Source: an uncultured Desulfarculus sp. (lineage in GTDB: Bacteria > Desulfobacterota > Desulfarculia > Desulfarculales > Desulfarculaceae). Taken from it: a stretch of 64,000 bases of DNA. The notes beneath the pieces were generated by a model. It searched no databases. It saw nothing but the letters and a program-made list of their open reading frames with translations, and had not been told where the DNA came from. The translations under genes and the position numbers were made by a program. The stretch lies in assembly GCA_963665125.2 (NCBI GenBank), contig CAXXUK010000001.1, positions 224,001 through 288,000 of the forward strand, given 5' to 3'. Every line of letters begins with the position of its first letter. Positions within the stretch are counted from its first letter, which is position 1. Positions 26,617-36,600 of the stretch are shown here, one piece after another.

Positions 26617-27762
26617 TTAGTTGATCATTTCAGTAAATGCTTCAATTCTGGTGCTGAGCATGCCGATGTGCGACGGGTGGTATTCCCGGTTGATGCTCAG
26701 ATAAGGCACGCCGACGTCCTGGAGCGTTTTGCTCAGATAAAACGAGCGGTAATCCAGGGGCAAGGAATAAAGCTGGCGCAGTTCGACAATGCCCTGCACG
26801 TCGTACTCCTTGGCCCAGGAAATGATTTGGTTGGCCTGGCCGCGCCAGTCGCCCATGCGGGAAAGGCCGGGCCGGTTCATGTAACGGTCCGCCAGACGCT
26901 CCAACGGCGTGTTTGGCGAGTCGCCGACCAACTCACAAAAGTATTTGCTTCCAGTATCCAACTCATCCATGACCACGATGGCGCCGGTGTCTTCCACGAC
27001 CTTGACGTAGTCGGGGTTGTCCAGAAATTCACCGCACAACAGCAGGCGGGGCTTGTTGTTTTTCACGGCGGGCTCGCGGGTCTGGATATATGGCAACAGG
27101 GCTTCCAACTCTTGGTTGAACACCTCCTTGGGCATGATCCTGGCGGCGGTGGTGATGCCCAGGAACTCGGCGCCGGTCAACGGCGGGGTTTCTCTTTTGC
27201 GCATCTCATAGAGCCGGTGCAACAGGCCGCGCATCTTGTTGTATATCTCGATTTGCTCCAGGATATCGTCGTCGGTGATCTTCTTCCCGGCGAACTTTTC
27301 CATGGCTCCGACAAGGCCGGACACCGATTTGTTCCACATGTCCAGGGTTGTTTTGGACACGGTGTGGGGAAGATACATGATGTGCTGGAACGGCGGTTTG
27401 TTTATGTAATTGAGCACATCCCAGAGACGTTTGAAATCGTCGTCGACCTGGGTCGTGGCCACTCCGTCGAGAAAACCCAACTGGCCGGACAACACCGACT
27501 CAAGCACGTGGGAACAGTAACGGCAGGTCATCTCCGGGCGATAGATCGAGGCCCTGGGTGTTGATTCCTCCCAGGTGCCGGTAATACGCCAGGGCAGAAC
27601 CCCGGCCGCGGAGATTATTTCCTCGGGCACGTAAACGCACAATAGGCCAATTACTTTTTTGCCTTGGCCCTTCCACTCCAAAGCCCATTTTTGTCGGTTT
27701 TCCGGTTGATTGGCGTTGATCAACGCATTGAGTCTGCTTTCCATATTCGTATTGCTGTCCAC
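26617..27762 (-). CDS. 2-hydroxyacyl-CoA dehydratase/benzoyl-CoA reductase subunit, BzdN/BcrC-like
   Basis: WK.QGKKVIG…YVPEEII.AAG, RLLL.G, GSKYF, TRIEAF.EMI. Confidence 0.85.
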   Translation of the reverse strand: MDSNTNMESRLNALINANQPENRQKWALEWKGQGKKVIGLLCVYVPEEIISAAGVLPWRITGTWEESTPRASIYRPEMTCRYCSHVLESVLSGQLGFLDGVATTQVDDDFKRLWDVLNYINKPPFQHIMYLPHTVSKTTLDMWNKSVSGLVGAMEKFAGKKITDDDILEQIEIYNKMRGLLHRLYEMRKRETPPLTGAEFLGITTAARIMPKEVFNQELEALLPYIQTREPAVKNNKPRLLLCGEFLDNPDYVKVVEDTGAIVVMDELDTGSKYFCELVGDSPNTPLERLADRYMNRPGLSRMGDWRGQANQIISWAKEYDVQGIVELRQLYSLPLDYRSFYLSKTLQDVGVPYLSINREYHPSHIGMLSTRIEAFTEMIN

Positions 27763-27841
27763 TCTAGAACTCCCATATGCGATTGGTGACGATTCCTCTG
27801 TCCGCTTCGAACTTTGGCGCGATTGACGCGGCGGTAATCAC

Positions 27842-29155
27842 CTAGGCCCGGTTTTGTTTCCAGGCGGTGCAGACTTCAAGGAACTCACTCAATTTGGTGA
27901 AAAAATCGTTCCGGTCATAGGCGCTGCTCTCCAGCATGCGGCCTTCGACGAGCAGGGAGGGAAGGCCCAGCTGCTTTTCAGCTTCGGCGGCCACCAGCCG
28001 GCCAAGGTTGTTGCTCACCGGACAGCCCCATTGCAGGAAATAGATGATGCCGTCCAGATGGAGGTCCCGGCAGGAGTGAAGGTGGGTCTCGATCCAGTCT
28101 TCACCCAAGCGGCCCCAGACAAAGTCGAATTGCCGGGCTTCCTCCTCCAGGGGCGAGAGCTGGCGGCCGTTCCACGGATCGCCCCAGATGGGTTCCCTGC
28201 CGGAGAACCATCCGTTGTACACGGTCATCTCGGCCGCGGGGATGGATACGCCCCGCTGTTCCAACCAACTGAAGGGGTCGTCATAGAAGGGACCGGCCAC
28301 CGACCACAGCAGGCGCAGCTTTTCCTCGGGCTGGGCCGCGCCCAGGCCCTTTTCCACGCGTTCTCCGACTTCGTCCACGTACAGGCGCATGTACTTGATG
28401 GCCTTGGCCGGGTCGGGATACATGTTTGACAAACGAATTTCCCGGAAACTTTCCCGGCCGCTCAAGGGGCAGGGGATGGCCGCCTTGAGCTTCCATAGTT
28501 CCTGGAATGTTTGCAGGTATCGCCGGTCATAATCCAGCAACTCGATCATCCGGTCTTCGTCGTACTTGCATCCGGGAACATTGGCTTCGATGTAGGCGAC
28601 CATCTCCTTGATCTGGTCGGTGACATAACCAAGCTGCTCCTCGTTCATCCGGCCCTTGTAGTTGTCGAACGGGCGGTCGATGTTGAACTTGGGCACGTCG
28701 AGGTATTCGGCCAGCATGTTGTGGGCCAAAAACACCGGCAGGCATTCAAAGTTGGAGGTGAACAGAAAGCTCGGCCTGGGGAAGTCGCCGTTCAGGATCA
28801 TCGGCACCAGGATGGAGCAGCGGTCGCAGGTATGGTCGGGCATACCCAACTGGCGGACCTGGGCGAAGTATTCCGTGGCGGCCTTGCCGTGGGTCCGGTC
28901 AGCGGCCATGATGGCGTCCCAGGGGGTCATGCCCATGGCCCGGGTCAGGGGGCCCATGCCCGTAAGGCCCAGGGGTTTGCCGTTTTGATAGGCCTCGATT
29001 TGCTCCAGGCGGAGATCCCGCTCCAGTTCATAGAGCAGAACGTTGGATTTTGGTTTTGAAGGGTCGGGATTGTCGTTGATCTTTTGTATTCTGCGCTCAC
29101 AGATCGCCATCTCGTTTTTCAGATAGGCCAATCCGGCTTTATTCAATGATGACAT
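27842..29155 (-). CDS. 2-hydroxyacyl-CoA dehydratase/benzoyl-CoA reductase subunit, BzdO/BcrB-like
   Basis: TCDRC, NFEC, YV.DQIKE, PCP.SG, E.LRLLW, DGII…WGC. Confidence 0.85.
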   Translation of the reverse strand: MSSLNKAGLAYLKNEMAICERRIQKINDNPDPSKPKSNVLLYELERDLRLEQIEAYQNGKPLGLTGMGPLTRAMGMTPWDAIMAADRTHGKAATEYFAQVRQLGMPDHTCDRCSILVPMILNGDFPRPSFLFTSNFECLPVFLAHNMLAEYLDVPKFNIDRPFDNYKGRMNEEQLGYVTDQIKEMVAYIEANVPGCKYDEDRMIELLDYDRRYLQTFQELWKLKAAIPCPLSGRESFREIRLSNMYPDPAKAIKYMRLYVDEVGERVEKGLGAAQPEEKLRLLWSVAGPFYDDPFSWLEQRGVSIPAAEMTVYNGWFSGREPIWGDPWNGRQLSPLEEEARQFDFVWGRLGEDWIETHLHSCRDLHLDGIIYFLQWGCPVSNNLGRLVAAEAEKQLGLPSLLVEGRMLESSAYDRNDFFTKLSEFLEVCTAWKQNRA

Positions 29156-29228
29156 TTCAAGCTCCCTCTAATGTTGGCTTACCAGCCGAGTGCAAAAGGT
29201 TTAGGTTCTCCATGCGGTGGGCTCATTT

Positions 29229-30536
29229 TCAGGAGGTAAAACCCGTAATGAGCACAGGTATTCCCGTCATCAGCAACAGGCCTATGAGATTAAGCAGAAC
29301 AAACCACCATACGGATGAGAAAATGTCGGTAAGTGATATGTCCGGTGGGGTAACACCTTTGAGATAAAAGAGGCTGTAGCCAAACGGCGGCGTGATATAG
29401 CTCAGCTGAAGGGCCACAACGTAGATTACGCCGAACCAGATTTGGTCCAGGTTGAATGCCTTGATGATCGGGGTGAATATGGGCACGGTGATGACGATGA
29501 TGGTCACCGGGTCCAGGAAAAAGCCCATGGCGAAGACCGTCAGCAACATGGTTGCCAGGGTGGGGTACACGCTCATCGTGCCGGACATCTCGCCGAAAAA
29601 GCCTTGCAGCAAGTGCATGCCGCCGGAAGCGATGAGGGCCAGGGAATAGCATTTGGCGCCGAAGATCAGCCAGAGAATCATTGAACTGATGCCCACGGTG
29701 CTGATTACGGCATGTTTGATCAGATCGAAGGTCAGGCGCCGGTTGACGGCGGCGGAAACCAGGGCGCCTACCACGCCAACGGATGCGGCCTCGGAGGGGG
29801 TGGCTATGCCCGCGAATATAGAGCCCAGGACGAATACTATCAACAGGCCGGGCAGCACCAGGTTTTTCAATAAAGCGATTTTTTCTTTTAATCTGGGGCG
29901 GTCCTCAGGGGGAACAACCGGGCAGAGGTCCTTGTTCAGCGAGGCCCGGATGAAGATGTAGACCAAGAACAAGCCGCCCAGGATAAGGCCGGCCGGAACG
30001 CCGCCTTTAAAAAGATCGCCAATGGAAACCCCGGCCTCCACGCCATAGGCGATGAACAGCAGGCTGGGCGGAATCAATTGGCCCAGGGTTCCGCCGGCCA
30101 GGATCGTGCCCATGGCGATGCTCTTGTCATACTTGTATTTGAGCATGTTGGGCAGGGCGATAAGCCCGATGATGACAATGGAGGCCCCGGCCACGCCGAC
30201 CATGGCGGCGAAGATGCAGCAGATAACCACGGTCCCCATGGCCAGGCCGCCGCGCACCCCGCCGAACCAGGCATGAAGGGCCGTGTAGAGGTCCTCCGCT
30301 ATGCCTGATCTCTCCAAGATCGTGCCCATGAAGATAAACACGGGTACGGCTGCGTAAAGTATGTTGGAACTGGTGCTCAACATACTGCAAACCAATGAAA
30401 CAAAGAAATCCGGTCCAAAGAGGGACAACAGGACCAATGAGCCGATGCCGCCGGTCAGAAATACCAAGGGCAAGCCCAAGGCCAACAAGGCCAGCAGACC
30501 CCCAATCATTAAGAACAGGATGATTTCCGGGCTCAA
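29229..30536 (-). CDS. dctM: TRAP transporter large permease
   Basis: AVPVFIFMG.ILERSG, GGTLGQLIPPS, ATPSEAA, ITPPFG. Confidence 0.93.
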   Translation of the reverse strand: MSPEIILFLMIGGLLALLALGLPLVFLTGGIGSLVLLSLFGPDFFVSLVCSMLSTSSNILYAAVPVFIFMGTILERSGIAEDLYTALHAWFGGVRGGLAMGTVVICCIFAAMVGVAGASIVIIGLIALPNMLKYKYDKSIAMGTILAGGTLGQLIPPSLLFIAYGVEAGVSIGDLFKGGVPAGLILGGLFLVYIFIRASLNKDLCPVVPPEDRPRLKEKIALLKNLVLPGLLIVFVLGSIFAGIATPSEAASVGVVGALVSAAVNRRLTFDLIKHAVISTVGISSMILWLIFGAKCYSLALIASGGMHLLQGFFGEMSGTMSVYPTLATMLLTVFAMGFFLDPVTIIVITVPIFTPIIKAFNLDQIWFGVIYVVALQLSYITPPFGYSLFYLKGVTPPDISLTDIFSSVWWFVLLNLIGLLLMTGIPVLITGFTS

Positions 30537-31039
30537 CTGGGGACCTCCTTACCGATTAAAATGAGCAGGTTTCTGAACAGGTTGCTCAGTTCCTGAAGCA
30601 TCAGGAGCAGAGCCCCCAACGGCAGAAACCAGGCGAACGGCCAGTACGGGGGGTCCCAAACCGTGCCGCTGGTCAAAAGGCAGCTCGTGTTATCGACGGC
30701 CAACGCCGTCCCCTGCCAGATGAGCATTATTAAAAAGAGGTAGGTGAAACCCGATGACACTAGGTCGAGGATGGCTTTGGCCTTTGGGCCGAGTCTTCCC
30801 CGGATCAGGTCCAGACGGATGTGCTGATCGTGACGCAGGCAATATGCGCCGCTCATGAAGGTCATGGCGCCGAACATGTACCCTATGAGTTCGCTGCTCC
30901 AGATGGTGGGCGAGTTGAAGAAATACCTCAGGACCACCTCCAGGAATGTGACTGCGGAGATTGGAATAATGAGCCAGGCAAATACCTTTCCCGTCCAATC
31001 GCTTAGAGCGTTCAATCCATGGATAAGAGTATTCGACAT
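30533..31039 (-). CDS. dctQ: TRAP transporter small permease
   Basis: EVVLRYFFNSPTIWSSE, HIRLD; 4 TM. Confidence 0.92.
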   Translation of the reverse strand: MSNTLIHGLNALSDWTGKVFAWLIIPISAVTFLEVVLRYFFNSPTIWSSELIGYMFGAMTFMSGAYCLRHDQHIRLDLIRGRLGPKAKAILDLVSSGFTYLFLIMLIWQGTALAVDNTSCLLTSGTVWDPPYWPFAWFLPLGALLLMLQELSNLFRNLLILIGKEVPS

Positions 31040-31111
31040 TTGTGATTCCTCGGGTTGAATTGGCCGGCCGCGGCCTGCGGGCGCCGCAGCCAGCCAATTC
31101 GGTGGGGTTGC

Positions 31112-32140
31112 CTATTTGATGAGGCCGCGTTCCTTGGCCATTTCCTTGTAGATGGCCATCGCCTTCTGGGTGACAGGCGAGACGGAACCCATTTGTTCGG
31201 TCCAGTAATCCACGGCGAGCTTGCGGATCTTGGCGACATCCTCATCCGAGAGCCAGATGATCTCCATGTCACCGTCGGCGACCATCTTCTTGACCGCCTC
31301 GGCGTCGTCCCGGATGATCTTTTGGGTGATGCGCATTTCGGCCCAGTCGCAACAAAGATCGAAGATCACCTTGATGTCGTCAGGCAGGGCGTCGTAGGCC
31401 TTTTTGTTGATCAGAAACTCGGTGGGAGCCGCGCCCAGATACTGGGGCATGATCATGTAGTTGGTCACCTTGTGCAGGCCCAGGGCGTAGTCAACCGATC
31501 CCCCGGAAAATTCGCAGGCGTCGATGGTGCCGTTGTTCAAGGCGGTGAACAGATCGCCGGGGCCCAGCATGATCACCGAAGCGCCGAGCTTTTCGGTGAA
31601 GAACTTGGCCGGTGCGCCGGACATGCGGATCTTCTTGCCCTTGAAATCGTCGATGGTCCTGATGGGCACCCGGCTCCAGATGGGCTCGGCGTTGCCGATG
31701 ATGCGGCCTCGGGTCAACAGGCCGTTTTTATCATAAAATGGAGCGGCCAATTCCTTGAGGCCTCTGTATTCCCAATACGCGGAATAATCCAAGGCATCGG
31801 TGGATCCGAATGGCGGCGTCAAGACGATGCCGTCAGGCCATTCGCCCTGATAAAAAACAGCCGAGGTGTGGGCAATCTGAACCACTCCGGCCTTTACGTT
31901 GTTAAATACTTTCAGGGTCGGAAACAGGGCATTGGCGGGAAACAGGGTGATCTCCATACGGCCGCCGGTCGATGTTTTAACCAAGTCGCAAAATTCCTGC
32001 AAATACTTGTGCAGGTTGGAAGAAGCCGGCATGAAGCTTTGCATTTTCCAGTGGACTACAGCGCCGGCATGAGCCGTATGGGGCAAGGCCGTGAAAGCCA
32101 GGCATATGGCAAATATCACCAAAACAATTGCTCTTCTCAT
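31112..32140 (-). CDS. dctP: TRAP substrate-binding protein (TakP/FcbT1-like)
   Basis: Signal peptide, WKMQS, TGGRMEI, DFKGKKIR, AL..GTIDA; GGAGG RBS. Confidence 0.92.
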   Translation of the reverse strand: MRRAIVLVIFAICLAFTALPHTAHAGAVVHWKMQSFMPASSNLHKYLQEFCDLVKTSTGGRMEITLFPANALFPTLKVFNNVKAGVVQIAHTSAVFYQGEWPDGIVLTPPFGSTDALDYSAYWEYRGLKELAAPFYDKNGLLTRGRIIGNAEPIWSRVPIRTIDDFKGKKIRMSGAPAKFFTEKLGASVIMLGPGDLFTALNNGTIDACEFSGGSVDYALGLHKVTNYMIMPQYLGAAPTEFLINKKAYDALPDDIKVIFDLCCDWAEMRITQKIIRDDAEAVKKMVADGDMEIIWLSDEDVAKIRKLAVDYWTEQMGSVSPVTQKAMAIYKEMAKERGLIK

Positions 32141-32608
32141 CACGTTTTCTCCTCCGGAAAGGTTAAAAAAGGCAGGTATCCATGATTTACCAACAACCAA
32201 AGTGCAAACAGTTTGCCGTAATGATTAGCCGTGTTTGTCTGCAAGCTTGGTCGACAGGGCTTTACCTGAGAAAAAACCAGTAAAAACTTGACTTTAGACC
32301 ACGGTGATGGCTCATCCTCACATGCCAATAAAGGCCTTGACTTATCGGCCTTTGATTTTTATGAAATAGCCGGAATAATATCGTTTCATCAAGATAATAT
32401 TCCGGATGTAAATCCGCCTAACATGGCTGCTTGTTATTTGTTAACGTTGGTGATAAACGCCTATGTTTATCTATTAAGCTCAAGTAAACATCCTGATATT
32501 CACGGTATGAATATTTGTTAATAACTTTGCTTACTCCGTATGAATGACCTGCTATGCGCTAATGGATAACCTTAATAGGCTAGCGTTTGAGCGCTGACGG
32601 CTTGAATT

Positions 32609-32624
32609 AGCAAGTTGAATGCCA
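32609..32624 (-). promoter_or_regulatory. Sigma54 -24/-12 promoter for the TRAP-O-N-P-Q operon
   Basis: Minus strand TGGCATTCAACTTGCT. Confidence 0.8.
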
Positions 32625-32685
32625 GGCGATTGGTGTGTTTATTAGCGCGTTAAATCAAGGGGATATGCAGGCGCTTGAGGATAGG

Positions 32686-32732
32686 ACGCAATTGTCGGCA
32701 CACGAAATAACGTTGATAGACGAAATATCGTT
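32686..32732. promoter_or_regulatory. Candidate enhancer (ACG-N6-CGT boxes)
   Basis: ACGAAATAACGT at 32702, ACGAAATATCGT at 32720, degenerate box at 32686. Confidence 0.7.
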
Positions 32733-32977
32733 ATGCAAGCATGCGGCAACGGGTCTTTGCCTGCGGTTGGGGTAGACGGTTGGTCGGAGCAAATTGCTGG
32801 GGCTTGCACCCCGCCGGGGATGGGTATTCAATACGGTCTGCGCCTGATCAAATATTGGTTTAAATCAGACTACCTACCAAGGGCCGATTCAATAAGCGGC
32901 CATAGGGTTTCAAAAGCCGATTGGCTGACGTGTCCGCCTTTAGGGTGAGGAAAAAGCTTTTGGCCGCACCCCTTATA

Positions 32978-33607
32978 TTACATGGCCGTGGATGGGTTTG
33001 CCTTTTTCAACCTGGCTTCATATATCTCGGGGTAAAGGGTTTTCATGCAATCTGGACAAATACTGTGTGAAAAATCCGCTTCCGAATGGGCCGCGATGTA
33101 GGTTTCCACCTGATGCCAATAGTCTTGGCTGTCACGAATTTTTTTACAATTGGCGCAGATCGGTAAAAGACCGCTCAATTGCTTCACCTTGGCCAAGGCC
33201 TCTTTGAGCTCCCGGTTGGTTTCTTTGAGTTTTCTATCCATATCCGCCTTGTACAAAGCCATTTCGATGGTGGAATGCAACTCCCTTAGTTGGAACGGCT
33301 TGATCAGATAACCGAAAGGCTCGGTGACTTTCGCGCGGTCCAGGATTCCCTGGTCGGCGAAAGCGGTTAGATAAACAACGGGAAACTCGCCGCTGTCTTT
33401 TATTATCCGGGCCGCCTGGATGCCATCCATCTGGCCCTCCAGGTGTATATCCATCAGAATCAAGTCAGGTTTGTTTTCAATGGCAAGTTCAATGGCGTGC
33501 TCTCCGGAACTGGCCTTGGCGCAAACAGAGTAACCCATGGCCCCCAGACGGTCTTCCAGATCCGCCGCGAGAATTCTTTCATCCTCGACAATCATTATTT
33601 TAGGCAT
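32978..33607 (-). CDS. Response regulator with C-terminal 4-Cys domain
   Basis: REC (IVEDE, LMDI, YLTA, YLIKPF), then LPICANCKKIRD…FSHSICPDC. Confidence 0.9.
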   Translation of the reverse strand: MPKIMIVEDERILAADLEDRLGAMGYSVCAKASSGEHAIELAIENKPDLILMDIHLEGQMDGIQAARIIKDSGEFPVVYLTAFADQGILDRAKVTEPFGYLIKPFQLRELHSTIEMALYKADMDRKLKETNRELKEALAKVKQLSGLLPICANCKKIRDSQDYWHQVETYIAAHSEADFSHSICPDCMKTLYPEIYEARLKKANPSTAM

Positions 33608-33625
33608 GAAAAGTCCTCCCGACCT

Positions 33626-36600
33626 TTATCCGTTTAGGGGCCAACGGATTATTGTTCTGGCGCCACCGCAGTTTTCGATTTTCCATTGACCGTGAAGTTG
33701 TTCCACCATCAGGCCAATGAGTCTGAGCCCTAGGGATTTCTCCTTGTGGATATCAAGCTCGGTGGGGAATCCGACGCCGGTGTCACTCAACACCAACTCG
33801 ATTGCATCTTCATCCAGCCGGCGCGCCACAATATGAACATCGCCTAGGCTGTTTTGGGGAAAGGCGTATTTCAGTGTATTGGTGACCAACTCGTTGATGA
33901 TCAACCCGCATGGTACGGCCTTGTTGACCTCAAGTTTAACTCCGCCGGCATCCACGTGGAAACCAATGCGGCCCGGCTGGGTCTCGAATATGCCGGTCAG
34001 GCTGGCGACAAGCCCGTCGATGTAGCTTTGCAGATCAACCTCGGCCAAGCTGTCGGACCGGTAAAGGGTTTCATGGATCAGGGCCATGGTCCGCACCCTG
34101 TTTTGGCTCTCTTGCAGCGCCATTTGAACGTGGAGATCGTTGACTTTGTTGGCTTGAAGGTTGAGCAGGCTAGACACCACGGCCATGTTGTTTTTGACGC
34201 GGTGGTGGATTTCCCTGAGCAAGACTTCCTTTTCGGCCAGGGCCGTGCGGAGTTCATGGGTGCGGTCGGCCACGATGTCCTCGAGACGGTCCCGATGTTT
34301 GCGCAACTCCTCCTGGGCTGATTTCAATTCGGTGACGTCCATCAGCGAGCACACGTTGCTGTTGGTGCCCGGCAGCATTTCCGTAACCAATAAAATATTT
34401 CGTATCTCTCCCGAACGGGTGACCATGCGAAACTCATATTGATTAGGCACGTCGTCGTCGTCCGTTCTTCTGCGGCGGGCAAACTCCTGCATTCTGTCCA
34501 CATCGTCATCGTGTACGAATTGAGTCCATTTGATCCTGCCCAGGTATTCATCGGACGAGTACCCGCTAAGATGCTCGAATTCACGGTTGGCAAAGGTGAT
34601 GAAAGTGTTTTCATCCACGATTGCGATGGCCGTTCCGGTGTTATCCAGCACGGTCCTATATCGCTGCTCCGATTCCCGCAGAGCCGCCTGGGCCTTCATT
34701 CGCTCAGTGACGTCAATGGCCGTGGATAAAAACGCCTGGCTGTCGTCCCACTGCATGACGCCGACCGATCCGGTCACCATCCTGGTGGATCCATCCTTGT
34801 GCTGCAACTCTGCCTCTATGGTCCCCGGAGAGCCGCTGTCCACCCCTGGCTGAACCATACTTAGCCATTTCTTGCGGGCTTCCTGGTTGGGCCAGATCGC
34901 GGCTTCCAAAGTGGTCTTGCCGATCAGTTCTTCCCGCGTGCGTCCTAAACCGTGGCTGTAGGCGTCGTTGACTTCAATGAACCGGCCGGTACCCATGTCC
35001 GTGATGCACATCCAGGCCGGAGATTCATGAAAAGCCTGCATAAAGTTGCGTCTGCTCTCGGCCAGCTCCGCAGTGCGCGCCTTGACTTTTTTCTCCAAGT
35101 CATCGTGAGCTTTTCGAAGAGCCTTGTTGGCTTGCACCCGATCGGTGATTTCACTGCCCGAACCGCGGTAACCGGTGAATTTGCCTTGTTGATCAAATAG
35201 AGGCACCCCGCTTATGGACATATGGAATGGCTTCTGACTTGGAGTTACAAGACCGTATTCAAACTGATAAAAAGGTCTGTGGGCTTTCAAATTGTCGGTA
35301 TGGGCTTGCCACAGCGCCGGGTCACATAGGCGCTTTTGGGGGGTGATGAAATCCCAACTGGTTTTACCGATGATTTCCTCTTTGCCAATGCCGGTCATGT
35401 TAAAGAATTTGGGTGATATTTCGGAGAAACGGAGGGCTGAATCCATTTCCCAAAACCAGTCCCCGGCCAGTTCCACCATGTGCTTGAACCGCGCCTCGCT
35501 AAGCTTTATTTCCCTTTCCTGCTTTTTTTGCTGCGTAATGTCGCGCAGGTTGACGACCATGCCCTTGACGGCGCCGTCAACACCTTTGAATCTGGCCGCG
35601 CTGATACCCACATCCAAAATTCTGCCGTCTTTGGTCCTGCGTCTGGTTTCGAAGTTGCTCTTGTAACCGTCGTATATCGCGGCTGCTATTTCCTTGAAGG
35701 TGATCTCTTTCTCTTCGTCCGGTACGAAGTCGATTTTCTTGCCAATGACTTCATCGGCTGTCCACCCAAAAACCCTTGTAAACGCAGGATTTATATACTG
35801 GGCCCTGCCTTCGAAGTCATAGACCACCATGGGCTCGTATGATGCCTCCATGGCCGAACGGTATCTTTCCTCTGATACTCGAAGGCTTTCCTGGGTCTTT
35901 TTTAGCTCGGTGATGTTGGTGAACGAATTGATCAGACACTCCTGGCCGGACCATTCTATCTGATCCGCGGACCAAAGCATGTTGAGAATACGGCCGTTAT
36001 TGAGGCTCCATAACATTTCTTCGCCCCTGATGCGCCCGTGAAGGTCGAGCTGTTTTATGAGCCTGGAGCGCTCGACGGGGTCTTGCCATAACCCCACTTC
36101 AAGTGATGTCCGTCCGATGACTTGATCTCTGCTGTAACCTGAAACCACTGAAAAGGCTTCGTTTGTTTCCAGAAGACGGCCTTTCGACTTGGTGGAAATG
36201 GCCATGCATTGCGGGCTGGCTTCCAGGGCGGTCGCAAAGCGTTGTTCGGATTTTTGCAACGCCTTTTCAGCCATCACCCGTTCGGTGATGTCGCGAAACT
36301 CGGTAACCCTGGCTATGCGGCCCCTATAAGGCATGGTTTTGCCCCGGATCTCCAGGGGGTAAACCGTGCCGTCCTTGCGCAAGCCTTCGGCTTCGTAGGT
36401 CTGGCCGTATGCGGATCGTATTTTGGCTCTGACCTCGTCGCGCCAACGCGGGGCGATGATTTTTAAGCCATCCATGCCTACCAGTTCGTTTTCGCTGAAA
36501 CCGGTCAGGTCCGTCAGGGCCTGGTTGGCGTCAAGAATAAAGCCGTCTTCATGGATTGCGATGCCGCCAAAAGAGGCTTCCTGGAGGCAACGGAAACGGT

